Assembly: GCF_009914755.1 (NCBI RefSeq)
Contig: NC_060937.1
Strand: one strand, 5' to 3'
Length of the DNA: 64,000 nt
Source of the DNA: the human T2T-CHM13v2.0 reference genome, Homo sapiens
The translations under genes were made by a program, and so were the position numbers. The notes beneath the pieces are model-generated. The model was given only the letters and a program-made list of their open reading frames with translations, searched no databases and was not told the DNA's origin. Shown piece after piece: positions 1 to 14,724 of the stretch (position 1 is the first letter of the stretch; the number at the start of each line of letters is the position of its first letter).

Positions 1-334
1 AGAGATGTCTTAGTTCTTAAGTCAGGGATGGATTCACAAGTATTTTTGTTATCTTGCTTCATAACCATGTATGATGCATATGACTTTCCTACACATAAGT
101 CAAATATTACAAAACCAAATTTTAAAAAATTAAAAGCTTAGAAAAAATAAAGTAAATAACAAAATGTAGTCTTGTAATCTAAATTTTCCAGTAACATCTT
201 AGTAAAATAGTCTTTAACGCAAGTATGTGTTTGAGTAGAAAGAACACTAATTTTATAGTTTAATAATATCTGGATATGAATGTTGGCCCTGGTTAAGCCC
301 AGGTGTGCACTTGTGATTTGGGGCATATTATACA

Positions 335-480
335 CATTCTTTTTCTCCTCTGTAAGTAGGGAATGATTGCACCTACCTTACAAGCACATTGTAAGCTTGA
401 ATTAGGAGCTATATATAGGAACAGCTAGCACAGAACTGCTCAGGAAGGATGCAATGTCTTCAGTGCATGTTACCTATAAT
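335..480 (+). mobile_element. MIR fragment
   Basis: Degenerate MIR core: 'tttctcctctgtaagtagggaatgattgcacctacc...agctagcacag'. Confidence 0.6.
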
Positions 481-619
481 TTTATTGATAATCTTTCACA
501 AATTGACTAATACTTTTTGGAACCAAGCAGTTACCAGTCTCCTGCTTGTGAGGAGCATCTTATTTTCACCACCAGGAAGATATGAAAAGCAAAGGAAGGT
601 GGAAACCGTCATTCAGCAT

Positions 620-800
620 CTTTCATTTGCTAGGCACTGTTTAGTATTAAATATGTTACAGATATTAAAATATTTAGCCCTCAAAAAATGCAATGAGGAA
701 TACATTATCAACTTCATTTTTCAGATGAACCATGGTTATTTACCTTGCTCAAGATCACTTAACTCGTCACTGATCTTACCAGAATGAGAATCTACCTAAG
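620..800 (-). mobile_element. MIR fragment
   Basis: Antisense MIR core: 'taggcactgt...cattttttcagatgaa...taccttgctcaagatcac'. Confidence 0.6.
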
Positions 801-1247
801 TGAGCCTTTTTGTCCATATTCCTTTCACTACTTCAGATCAATCTCTAGAACAATTACAAATAGCCTGTCTCCTGATTTAACATAAGTTACTCCCTGTTAT
901 CTCTTCCTCCAGCTTCTATTTTAGTTTTAGGGCCCTTTATAGTTCACAGCCCATTTTAAGAAAACTAAAAGTTGATGCATTTGTGCTCTAATAAATCCTT
1001 AATGACTTCCTTGAATATGTTCCAAGCTTCTTTCATGTTGTGAAACTTGAATTCACTTCTGGGAGCTTTAGAGAGAGTGACTGAAAACTTCTGGCCAACT
1101 TTTATATATATAAACCGTTATGCTTCGTGTATACAGTTTAAGAATAATATACAGAATATACAGACAAGGATATTACCATGGGATAAACCTTCAATATTAT
1201 CACTAAAACTTAGCAAAGACCTTTGAATTCTAGGGGACATCTCCCTG

Positions 1248-1416
1248 AGGAAGGAAAGAAGGAAAGAAGGTAGGAAGGAGGGAGGGAGGGAGGGAAGGAA
1301 AGGAAGGAAAGGAAGGAAAAGAAGGAAAGGAAGGAAGGAAGGAAGGAAGGAAGGAAGGAAGGAGGGAGGGACGGACAGAAGGAGGGAGAGAGGGATAGGG
1401 AAAGGATGAAAGGAAA
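1248..1416 (+). repeat. GA-rich/(GGAA)n microsatellite
   Basis: Almost pure purine tract; 8 consecutive GGAA at 1329-1360. Confidence 0.95.
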
Positions 1417-1603
1417 ACTTGAGAAGATTCCAAGTTGAAATGGAGCCTAGTTAACAGTACTGCCCATGGTGGCTTATTCCATGTGATCCATCACCATTGT
1501 TATCAAAGTCCCATTCTGTGTTCTCATCTGCTTACATGCTTAGCCCTTGACTTTCTAAATGAATACACGGTTTAAATTTTTCATGTTTCCTTTATGTTTG
1601 TCA

Positions 1604-2240
<637 letters not shown>

Positions 2241-3844
2241 TACCATTGGCATCCACATCAAACTGTGATTTCAAAAATCCATCAATTTTAACATATTTTA
2301 TACAGAATAAGACCTTAAGTGATGGCCCTATTTATGTTTGCATTATGATGGCATTAATGATACAAAATGATGGTGATACAAGAGCCAACCAAATGACAAA
2401 AGTGCCCCAAGAGAATTTTTTTTTATATCACTGGAAGAGTGCTTGCAATAGTCCTTGGTATATAATGAGACCTGTAGGCAAAGCCTGGCCTCTGTGTTTT
2501 TAATTTCTTTTTTATATATACTTATCTTTTTAATATACTTTTATTTTTTCCTTTCTTGCCTCATCTTATAAAATAATTCATCCTACCATAGCAAGGATTC
2601 CAAATTAACTTGCAGAAAATAAGAATTAAAGGGAAAGCGATAAGAAAAGGTGACATGACAGCACATTCATTTTTTCTTACTTTGGTAACTTTGTCTTCTC
2701 CAAATATGATGTAATTGTATCCATGAGCAAAGAAAAGGTGAATTCAGGCACTACACGAGCATGGAAAAAAAACTCTCATGTTAATTTATGGCAGTTTATT
2801 TTATATCCATATGGGAAAGTTCACTTGGCTTGAACTTTTTTTCCAGACCCCGATGAGGCTGCTATTGATTTAGTACTCTACTAGAATACAAACCCACAAA
2901 ACCCATAACATGAGAAAACCTAATTATGATAATAAGAATCAAGCATGCATAATTCCATTAAAAACAGTTAGTCACCGCTCTTCCTATATCACGACACTGC
3001 TTTTTTTACAACTCTTCTGTTCATTAGGAGCAAATTACCTTTTAGTGTTAAGCAGACTATAGATGCACTGTTTATGTTGAAAGTGGAAAAAACTAATGTT
3101 ACATTTCATGTTAAAATGATAATTGCCTTTGGTGTTGCCTTACTGTATTATTTCAAATGGGTGTGTAAATGAAAACAAAGCTTTGCACATGCTGTGTCGC
3201 TGTCTAAGCTTCCATGGAAGAAGAGCAACTCACTTGCTGAGTTTACGGGTGGACATTAGTCCAGGCTTAAGTAAGTTACCAAAAGTTATCTTACTGGCTC
3301 TTACTTCCTATAAAGGGACAAGTGTTTCCAAACTATACTCAACTATGTGGACACATATTAATTTTTTAATTCATTCAGGGAACAAACAAGGCACCAAAGT
3401 GTAAAATGTTTTGTATGAAAATTCAAAGGGATCTTAGAGCTTCAGGAGTAGAATTGACAGCTGAAAGATTTATTCCAAACCACTAGCAACTGGAGCAATC
3501 TCCAAAGATAGATGCTTCCAGCAAGAAGTTTGCTGCCTCAAAAAATACCTTATTCTACTTCTGAATAATCCTAACTATTAGAAAGTGCTTTGTTGGTCTG
3601 ACCAACACTGTCACTCTTATATGTTGGAACAAGTTCTTCTAAACATAGATTAGAGCAGATAGACACAGACGAATGATGGGAAAGCAATGAAAAAGTTAAA
3701 CAAATTGAAGAAATGCCACAAGAGAGGTCTGAAATATTTATGTGCCATAAAAATATAAAAATAGACTATACTATTATGAAAGATATACAAATTAATATAA
3801 TACATAAATTAATATACTAATAAGCACATAATAAATTAATTAAA

Positions 3845-4110
3845 TTAACATCTTTATCAGGCTGACAAATGCTTTTGAAAAGTAATAAACATCACAAGGT
3901 TGGATGAGGAGTACGGAATAGAATGCCTTAATTCATATAATGCTAGCAGATAGTAAATTGTTACAAATTTTCTAAATAGTAAATTGTTACAAATTTTCTA
4001 ATGTGCATTTCTGCAACAAGTGCCAACAGCTTCAAAAATATGTATACTTTTTGACCTCAAAGTTCCATTTCTATGAGTTTAGTCTAGGGAAAAAATAATG
4101 GACATGGATG
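3845..4110 (+). mobile_element. Old L1M(E) ORF2-end fragment with a 26-bp tandem duplication
   Basis: L1 ORF2 3'-like sequence ('tatactttttgacctcaaagttccatttctatgag'); exact duplicate at 3950-3975/3976-4001. Confidence 0.55.
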
Positions 4111-4147
4111 TTGATTAAAGCAATATTTAAATATAAAATTAGAAATT

Positions 4148-4436
<289 letters not shown>

Positions 4437-5336
4437 TAGAAATCATATAAATATTAATATTTTCTGGGACCTTGTTTAATTCGAGGGAGTTAAAGGGTTT
4501 AAGAAAGGTTACCTTGTTTTATTTGAGGGAGTTCATGGGGTTCTCAGGGTCAATGTTGGTTCATACTGGGTGCCTGAAGCTCTCCTATTGGCTTCTCCAA
4601 AAATTGCTTGGCATTAGCCAAAGCAAGTTCAGAAATCCATGGAAGAAGAAGTAATTAATCTTGCATGACCATTCTGGACCACCCCTCTTTCAAATTGGAA
4701 TCTTCATGAAATTCTCAGTATTCTAAAAGCAACATCCCTAAAGTAATGTTTTCTTCTTATGCACCAGACCTACCATCAGTTAAGCCTCTTCATGAACACC
4801 TCTAAAATTAGTGTCCAATAGAACATTCAACGAGGACATCTTGCATATCGTTGTTGCCTAAGTAGTTGAAATACCCTTTAACATTTTAATGTGAACTGCA
4901 CTGAAATTTTAACAGGAGCATATTACTAAAAATAATGTTATTTTAAATTGTGTTAGAATCTCTAATTGCTTATACTATGCATTTTACTTTTTCTTTGTTT
5001 ATAATTACTTTTTCCAAAAATGACTTAAGAAAAAGTTTGTGATACTGTGTGACTTCTTTTCAATCTGCTAAGCAAAAAGCAGGTGCTTATTGAATAGAAA
5101 GTGAGGCCAAGATGTGTGGGAACATAGAGTTGTGTACTGCTGAACTTAGGTTAACTTAATTGACAGTCCACAGATCCTCTTTATTTTGGTAGTTCATGAT
5201 AAATGCTAGTAATCATAATGTTAAGTCATGCAATAATAAAATCTCTTACAGGAAGCACTTACTACTTAAATTTAAAATGCCATACTACTGAATTAAAAAT
5301 AAGGGTTTCAAATGAGAAAAAATTGCCAGCTGAGTA

Positions 5337-5632
5337 CAGTAGTCCCCCTTTATTCACAATTTCACTTTCCATGGTTTTAGTTACCTGCGGTACAGTAAGA
5401 TATCTTGAGAGAAGGAAGGACTACATTCACATAACTTTCATTATACTATATTATTGTTTTATTTTATTATTGTTGTTAATCTCTTACTCTTCCTAATTTA
5501 TAAATTACACTGTATCATAGGTATGTATGTATAGGGAAAAACATAATATAGAGAGATTTTGGTACTGTCTATGGTTTTAGGATCCACCGAGGGTCTGGGA
5601 ACATATCCCCCTTGGAAAAAGGGATACTACTG
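5337..5632 (+). mobile_element. MER44A-like TcMar-Tigger DNA transposon
   Basis: TIRs cagtagtcccc...gggatactactg, TA duplication on both sides, characteristic internal sequence. Confidence 0.85.
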
Positions 5633-6456
5633 TACAAACAGCACAATGTTCTTTTATCAAGTCACCTGTATGAATGAAAATGCCCACATACTACTTTAAA
5701 AGCAATGTAAATAAAATAGAGCTAAAAATCAATACAAGCAAAACTGAAGGGACTAGAAAATTGTGCTTCTGTAATAGTGACTAGATCTATAATAACCTAG
5801 GGGAGAAAAAAAATAGGCATTTCTTTATAGGAGGCATGGAAGAAATATGACATGAAAGCCAGAGGCTCTGCTGAGCCAGTGAAATTGTCCATTATTTAAA
5901 CTGCAGGTGGTGACACTCACATAAACTGGTGTAGCAAGATGCAGCCAAAGCGAGTGATGTGAGTGGATTTAGTGTGAAATCCATTGTAGGATTCTGCACT
6001 TCAAAGGCGGGCAGACTGGTGCTTTGCCTTCGGAACACGTGGTACTGTAAATCCTAGTCTTGAACAAAGACATATTAAAGGCTAAGTATGTTGGATCTGC
6101 AATCTCAACCCTGTTTACAGGTTATTAATAACATAGCAGAAATGTTGCATTATTAAGAGTCTTAACTAGAAAGAGAAGAAAAAGATGGCAGGGGAAAGGA
6201 AAAGAAAAAGAAGACATGAAGGTGAGGAAAGCAGATGCCATGGAAGAAGGAAATGAAGAAGGAAAAAGGAAGAAGCAGGAAAAAGTAAAGGCTATAGGAG
6301 GAGGAAATATCTAGATGAGTAAAAGAGGTAAGAACCAGTGTTGCCAAAATATTGGAGCTACATTAAAAGAAATTTCTAAACAAGTCTTCCTGTTTTGAGA
6401 CAAAACTGGAAATTGGTAATGTTGGTTTTCATCGTGCTACTGTAAGCCAGCACTTC

Positions 6457-6652
6457 TGAGGTTATAAATATTTTCTGTAAAGAGCCTGACAGTAAATGAT
6501 TCCTGCTTTTGCAACTACTCAGCTCTGCTGTGTGGCATGAAAGCAGCCATAGGCAATGTGCAGGCAAACAGGTGTGGCTGTGTTCCAATAAAACCTTATT
6601 TACACAAACAGGCAGGGGGCCAGATTTGGACAACCATCCATAGTATTCCACT
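6457..6652 (+). mobile_element. MER58A (hAT-Charlie)
   Basis: 'gcaactactcagctctgctg...gtgtggctgtgttccaataaaaccttatttacac...ccagatttgg'. Confidence 0.85.
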
Positions 6653-7516
6653 CTTACTATACCATATTTCTCTCTCTAACATTTCCCACTAACCATTGCC
6701 CCATTACCCAGTGCACCATTGTCATCACTATTCAGTGTCCCAGTAATTTCATACTTTTTATAATTATGCTCCCCATCTTCAAAACTTACCTCACAATTTC
6801 TTCTCACTTTAAAGTTAGGCTTTTTGTATCTTTCAGGTAGCAACTAGCTACCATAATAAAATGTCCCTGTGTAGAAGCTCATGAAAGGAAGAGAACTACA
6901 GTCCAGAAGTCACTGCATGTTTCTTCTGTCACTACCAGATACATCCTAAGTGAACTGTGCCCTACTCCTATCCAAGTACATCATTCTCCATTCAATACTT
7001 CAGAAACTGAATATATATTATGAACTTCAACCTATAAACAAAGAATTTTTAAAAAACAATTTTTGACCTCAGCTGACTCAGTGTTGTATGGGTAGAGATT
7101 ACTTACATGCCCTCTGCCCTCCTATAATCCCTCCTCTACATCAAGTCATTACAAAGCCATTGGTAACCTCAATAGTGAAGAAATCAATCTGGAATTAGAA
7201 GGGTAGAACTAGGAAAGACTAATAGAAAAGATATTTGAGGGTGAAAATTTCATGAGCTAGCAGTATTTCTCCCTATAGTTGTTCTGTTTCTTGTGGACTG
7301 TTAGGCTACATTGGGTAATAGGTCCAAGAGAAGCTCTGCCCCACTAAGAAAGAAGAAAAAAGAAACCCAACTTATCAACCAAAATACTGTCTTTACCCTT
7401 TCTTGTTTGACTAAGTTTATGTCATTTTCCAAATAACTTCCAGATAGAAACAGTTCATGACTGCCAATCTTTTATATCTAACTATATTTAACATTTTATT
7501 AAAATAAATAAGATTT

Positions 7517-7905
<389 letters not shown>

Positions 7906-7911
7906 TAGGAG

Positions 7912-8295
7912 GTATGCACTATAATCTCCCTTCAAGAGAGAACCTTCAAATGCCACACTTTGGGGAATCTAATGAAGTACTAGGTGCTGAGGCCATATAC
8001 TCTCCCAGGCTGCTCCAGCCCAGTGTGGAAGCCTTCTAATAAGCACTCTTTTCCCTGCAGCTCCCTAACAGCCTAGCTGAGCCTATCTCAGAACTGCACT
8101 GGTCTGAGACTCTTTTCACCGAATCCTCCTCATTTGTTCCTCCTCTCCTCTAATAGGCATCAGATCTGTATCACAGTCTCTGTCTGCCTACTCCTGCTCT
8201 CTATCCCTATATATTTCACAAGGATTTCCCCCAATGAACCTGTTGTAGTTCAAATTCTGTCTTGGAGTCAGCTTCCCAGAAGACTGAAAGTGACA
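7912..8295 (+). mobile_element. LTR16-family LTR (ERVL), 5' LTR of a HERV16 remnant
   Basis: LTR16-like body ending 'tctgtcttggagtcagcttcccagaagactgaaagtgaca', directly followed by internal sequence. Confidence 0.75.
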
Positions 8296-10440
8296 CAGCT
8301 GTTACTGAGAGTAATCAAAGAAAAGACTGTGGTGGGGTCGGGGGAGGGGGGAGGGGGGAGGGATAGCATTGGGAGATATACCTAATGCTAGATGACACGT
8401 TAGTGGGTGCAGCGCACCAGCATGGCACATGTATACATATGTAACTAACCTGCACAATGTGCACATGTACCCTAAAACTTAGAGTATAATAAAAAAAAAA
8501 AAATTAAAAAAAAAAAAAAAAAAGAAAATACAGTAAAATCTCAATATAAAATAAGATTCTGGGATTGAATTATTCGCCAACTGGCTGGTGGAAGACCCCA
8601 TCCTAAGTGGCATGTAAATCCTTGGCACAAGATGGTAATCCAATTGCTGAAGAATTCACCCATAGTAACATGGAAAAAGGTCCTACGGGTGAAAAACACC
8701 CTTTCCAGTGTGATGATTTTAGCATTTGAGAAATATGGGGAAATAAGACATATGAGGACAGTTAAGATGTCTTCTTATTAATCAGTTGCATTGATACCCA
8801 GAAGAGAGATAATAAGAGACTTATAGTGTTTAACAGTTAACAAACAGGGCTAATTTTGAGGCTAGAGAGGGCCATTTTGATAGTTGACAGAGAGCTGTTA
8901 TCTCTTAAAATGACAGAGCAGAAACAGCTGAGAAGCAAACTCAGAATCTGATATTAAAGGTAGAGGTACTTCAGAGATGTAGAAATGTTTAAGTGCTCAA
9001 GCAAGGGAAGCCTGCTTTGCTAATGTCAGGATACTGTTGGGAAAATCTAGGGACCTGACATGTGGTATGAAGACACCTAGGTGGTTGCTCCCAAGGATTT
9101 TGGCTCTGTAGACTTCCATAAATCCTTAGAGACTATAGAGCTAGCCAGACCCTCACTTTTTAAGAGATATCACTTCTCCTTATGCAGAAAAACACTGCAG
9201 AGACCTCTCCCCTATAAGGCAAGGGGAGGCTCTTCAGGATCTGTCAACACCTCTGCTGGGCATCAGGCCAATAACTAGAGTTAAATCTCTGTGTAACCTG
9301 GTACAGAACAATGCTGGGCCTAATAGGAGAAAACAGAGACCAAACCCTGAGGTCAGAAGGAATAATTAGCTATCATGTACTGATACGAGCCAGGAGAATA
9401 TCTTTTGATTGGATATTAAGGGTACTTGATCAAGCAGGCTAGAACTTAAGATGAGATATGAAGAATTCATTAAATTGTAGGCACTTTCTTGGAATACAGG
9501 ATTTAGCACCCTGGCAAAGACCCCAGAGGTTGAGGCAAATTCTCTGCTAGAGTGGCTCTTAGAAATCTGGGGAAAAAAGATAGCACATACTGAGCTAAGT
9601 TGAAATGCTGGAGTTACTGTAGCAGACATAGAAGGAAGTAAAGAAGCTGAGTAAATTGAGCCTGGTGGAATGAATATATTATATGAGCCCAGAAGACCCA
9701 CAAGAGAATTATGTTCTGCAGAAGAGCCCAAGTGACAAACAATTCACCAAGACCATAAAGAATGTGCTAGCAGATGGGCATCAGCAACACTAAGAAAGTC
9801 CTCAGTGGCTTTTCTCAGCAGGCCAGGGATGACAGTAGTTACAGAGCATGGTTTATTAATATCAATGAGAATGAAGAGACCTAAAACCAAAATGCAAGGT
9901 GGTAGCGCCTAATTGTGAGAATCTGAAGGTTGCAAGTACTATAACAACTGGTAAAGTGAGAAGGACAGATCTCGATAGTGAAGATAGCAAGATGGTAAAC
10001 CAAAAACAAAATTTCATACCATGGATAACAATTGTAAAGATCTAAAGGATGCAGGGGTCATGGTCCCTATTAAATCCCTGCTTAATTCACCCACCTAGCT
10101 CTTGCAAAAACTAGATAGATACTGCAGAATGCCTAAGGAATACTGAAAATTTATTTAGTAGAACAACATAGTATAACACCTAGCATTATACAGTATACAA
10201 TATAGAAATCTGGACATCTCAGATATTTACATTGATCCATTATATTAATAACATTATGCTGATCAGGCAAAAGGAGCAAAATATAGCTAGTCCATTGGAG
10301 GTGCTGGCAAGACACACATGCTCCAGAGTTTGGGAGATAAACTCTATGAAGACTCAGGGATCTACCACTGCAGTAGAGCTTTTAGGAATCCAGTGATCAG
10401 GGGCATGCAGTGACATTCTGTCTGTGGTAAGATGAATAAC
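8296..10440 (+). mobile_element. HERV16/ERVL internal remnant (degenerate gag-like region and RT), interrupted by L1HS
   Basis: Leader '...ccccatcctaagtggcatg'; RT remnants KDLKDAGVMVPIKSLLNSPT*LLQKLDRYCRM from 10036 and TLIHYINNIMLIR at about 10229-10267; no 3' LTR seen. Confidence 0.8.
8325..8520 (+). mobile_element. 5'-truncated L1HS, pre-Ta type (3' UTR plus poly-A)
   Basis: Near-perfect L1HS 3' UTR; diagnostic ACG at 8397-8399 and G at 8482; poly-A tail; TSD aaagaaaa at 8317-8324 and 8521-8528. Confidence 0.92.
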
Positions 10441-10454
10441 AGAGATCTCAAATT

Positions 10455-12760
10455 CTTGAATAAAACATTCACAGACAAATCCAGGGAGTACTTCTTGAAA
10501 AAATATGTAAGAAATAAAATAAAAAACACATTGGCTATACTTATGGAATGCAAGTTTGGTTTAATATTCTAAAATCATTGTAAATTATCACATGGACATG
10601 ATAAAAGAGAAAAATCATAAAATCACCTAACGAATGCTGAAAAACATTTTTAAAAGTCAACATCTACATATGATAACAGTTCTTAGAAAATTAAAAATGG
10701 AATGAAGCTTTCTTCCTTTGATAGAAGATATGGTATAATTCCTCTGAGATTAGGAATGAGACAAAGATCATTTATTTTACATATTACATCTATTTCAACA
10801 TTGTAAAAGAAAATCATAGCTGGTAACTTATGTCAATAAAAATATAATAAAAGATATAAAAGTTGGAAAGAAAAAAATAAAACTGCTGTCATCTGCAAAT
10901 GGCATCACTCTATATGTACATATTTCAAAAGCATTTCAGATAAACTATTAGAATTAAAAAGTAAATTTTACATGGTCACTTTTATATTCACTGGTAGAAG
11001 ATAAATATAAAAATGTTTTAAATTATATAAAAATATAAAAGAAAAAAATAAAGTTAAAAACTCAAAGTAGCAATTTGAAAATAAAATGTCAAAACTCAAA
11101 CTACTCTCAATACGAACCAAAACATTAACTATCAAGGAGTAAATCTAACAAAAATATGCATAAGCTTGAGATTAAAATTTACCAAAAAAGTATTGAAAGA
11201 AATTAAAGACCTCAATCCGTGAAGAGATATAGCAAATTCAGTATTGCTCAAATTGATCTATATATACAAGGCAATTCTAATTAAAATCTCAGCAGGTTTT
11301 TTTTTGCAAATTCACAAGATAATTTTAAAATTTATGTGAAAATACAAATGATTAAATGTGGTCAAGGCAATCTTTAGAAAGAACTAAGTTTTAGACCTAC
11401 TATCTAATACACCTATCATAGAAGTATAATAAGATAGTGAGATAAATGGAGAGACCAAAGCAGGAGAATTTAAAAATCCAGAAATAGACCCATGCATATA
11501 CAAATCACCTGATTTATAACACAGGTAACACCACAGTAAACTAGAGAAATAATGGTCTTTACAATGGTAAAGCAAATAGTACTGGGTCAATTAGATATCC
11601 ATATTGAAATAAATTAATCTTGACTCTACTCTTTTCACAATTTTTTAAAAGAAAACATAAGGGGATATTTTAATGGTTTTGGGTAAGCAAAGATTTCTTA
11701 AACAGGATACAGAAACTACTAATGACCAAATCAAGGAAATAATTGCTATGTTAAGCAGCTTTAAAACTAAGAAGTTAAAGATAATCCACAGAATGAAAGA
11801 GTGTACTTACAACGGATCTATCCAACAAAGGAGTTGTAGTCAGAAATCCTGAAACCCAACAAGAAAAAGACAATGCAATAGAGAAACTGGGCAAGAGACT
11901 TACATAGGCACATCAGAAAAGAGGAGCTACAAAGGGCCACAAAAAAACATATAACTGCTCAACATCATTAGTCATCAGTAAAATAAACAGATGTCATCAG
12001 TAAAATAATAATTATATAATTATATAAATAGATAATAATATACCACTACATATCCACCACAATAGCTGAAATTAAAAAGATTGACCATACTAGGTGTGGG
12101 CAGTGGGCAAGGATGTGAAGCAATTAGAACAGCTTGTAGAGTGTAACCTGGTCCAAACACTGGAAAACTATTTGTCAATATTATTAGAGTTGATTATACA
12201 TATACCTTATGTCCAATAATTCTACTCTTGATATAATTCCTAAAATAAATGCATCAACATGTGCTCCAAAAGAACTGTAATAGCAAAAATTAAAACAACT
12301 CAAATATCAACAATAGAATGCAAATATCAATTCTGATAAATCCATATGACAGAATACTATAGAGCAAAATAACAAAAATATAAAAGACTACTGCTAAAAA
12401 TAACAACATGGATGGATCTCAAAAATATACTACTGAGTTTTTTTAAAGCCAGAAACAAAAACACAATACATTGTGTTTTTATATATAAATTTTATATTTA
12501 CATAAATATGGAGGAATAGACAAAACTTATTTATAGAGTTCAAAATCATGATGATGGTTACCACTGTGAAAGTAGGGATTCTATAAGGAAGGAATAAGAT
12601 GGGTGCTTTTGGAAGGGTAATGTTCGTTTTTTTTATCTGAGTGGATATTACATATTTGCAGCATAAAATTCATCATGCTACAAACTTGCAAGTTGTGCAA
12701 TTTTCTGTATGGATGCTATGAGCGAATAGTAAGATAATTTTTATAACAAAAAAATAAAAT
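10455..12760 (+). mobile_element. Old L1 (L1MC/L1ME) ORF2 remnant and 3' UTR
   Basis: A-rich degenerate ORF2 ('ccagaaatagacccatgcatatac', 'tgctcaacatcattagtcatcag') and L1ME-type end 'aaattcatcatgctac...gtgcaattttctgtatggatgctat'. Confidence 0.85.
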
Positions 12761-12932
12761 TCAAAGTATACTCAGGTAAACAAGAAATATCTTATAGTTG
12801 TCTTTTAAAGGTATCATCCAGTCTATAGCTGAGATCTTGATTTAAAGAGTTTGCCCAGATTCACATTTACGTGCCCCAAAAATGATGACACTTTCACGGT
12901 AGTGTAGCCACACTCCACAGGAGGCTAAGTGT

Positions 12933-13087
12933 GTTTGTTTCTTTGTTTGTTTGTTTGTTTGTTTGTTTGTTTTTGAGACAGGGTCTCACTCTGTCACCCA
13001 GGCTGGAGGCCAGTAGTGGGATCTTGGTTCACCGCAACTTGCGCCTCCTGGGTTCAAGTGATTCTCCAACCTCAGGATCCCAAGTAG
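12933..13087 (-). mobile_element. 5'-truncated Alu right arm with (TTTG)n tail
   Basis: 'gagacagggtctcactctgtcacccaggctgg...'; taagtg flanks both sides. Confidence 0.9.
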
Positions 13088-14724
13088 TAAGTGGTATTTT
13101 AATCAAACGACTCTCTTTGGAATGTAACCAACAGCTTGTAGAAACATAGTGGAATATTTCCTACTATGTGAACCCTTGGAATGTCTTACCAAGCAAAATG
13201 GCTGCAGTTTTCTATTAGTGGAGAAGTTTTTCCTGAATGGAAATGCATAATTTGGATTTAATAAGACTTTCCAATATAAGCTGTACATACAAATGCGTAT
13301 TTTCTCCTTTCTTTGTGTTAACAGCATGAGATAAGCTGTAGACCAATTTTATGTAGCATTTTATATGCAAATAAGAAGTTATTTTTGCATGTTTTCATTT
13401 TTATAGGAGACAGGCAAGAGAATTTCAAATAATGCAGTTTTCCATTCTAGTCAGATAATTGACTTTTCTATTTAGTTAATTCTGCTTTCTATGTGCATGT
13501 TTATCTCAACAGCTGATGAAAAATATTCAAACATTAAAAGTTTGAGATGTCAATACAATTTTATAAATAATTTTATTATTTCAAAGTGAACTGTGCTCAT
13601 TTTGGCTTTTTTGAGTATGAGTTGAAATGGCCATTTGAAACTATTTCTCCATTCAGCAGCAAGAAGCATCTTCTAAATGGATAAATTCCCAGATTCACAG
13701 GCTCTCCACATGGACAGATATGAAAATGCTCCTATGATAATGGTAAGTCAATTCCATGATGGAATCCACATCTGTCTTCATAGGATGGGGGTGAAATATT
13801 CACTTATCAGCTGGCATTAATGGCCACTAAAGGAGTTAAGAGGGTTCCGACATGAACAGACTTCAGATCCCAGAACTAGAGCTTTGTTTTTGGCAAGATG
13901 GACAGATTTGGAAGGACCCATAGTTCTGACAGAGCTAATACAGGGAGCATGCTGTTGATCCCACAATACTCCAGCAGAGACAAAATCTGCCTTGGCCACT
14001 GGCACATTGAAGAGCCAGCAACCATTAGGCAGACGCTCAAGTAAGCAGGTGGTTTTTGTCAGTGGAGGGCCTACAAGTGGACAAACCAGAGCATGGGGAG
14101 GAGGAAAAGGCAATAGGTACACAATAGGTAAAGGTTTGGCCAGGCAGTCTATATGGGTGTAGTATGGCAGCAGGATACAGGAACAAGTTCAGCAGGACAT
14201 CTGTCCTGAGAAGGTTGAGCAGAAGGCAATACCCAAAATCAAGAAGAAACAAAGCTCAGCACAAGGCTTGTTCACCAAGATTGAGCAAAATCTACTTATT
14301 AGTACTTCAGTAAAAGGCCAGAGCAGAACCACCAGCAATTTGTATTATATGCTACTCATTCAATGCTCTTCAAAACCCCTTGAAGAGTACCAGGTCTAAG
14401 GGAGGGGAGGTGGCAGGAGGATTGTTGGAAGACTCCACCTGTGAATTCTGGGAGTGTTATAACCAGAAGCAATATAAGATGTGTAAAGGGAGGGAGTATG
14501 AAGGATTGAAAAAGAACAGTCCTGATTAGGCTCAGTTTTTTCACTTCGAAAGTAGAAACTAATATAAGCTGCTAGGGTTGTTGAAAAGGCTGAACATAAA
14601 GTGGATAGCACATAGAACTCCAAGGATGTGAATGAACTAGCCTCTTCAGCTACTTACAAAATGGTACAATGACCAAGCATATTCTCTAAACTAGGGAGCT
14701 TTCAACAGGTTATGAATACTGGCA

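Noticed and set aside
1230-1433. PSF-repeat ORF
   Set aside because: Translation of the GGAA microsatellite.
13850-14480. Purine-rich stretch resembling an old LTR
   Set aside because: Could not assign a family, ends or TSD.
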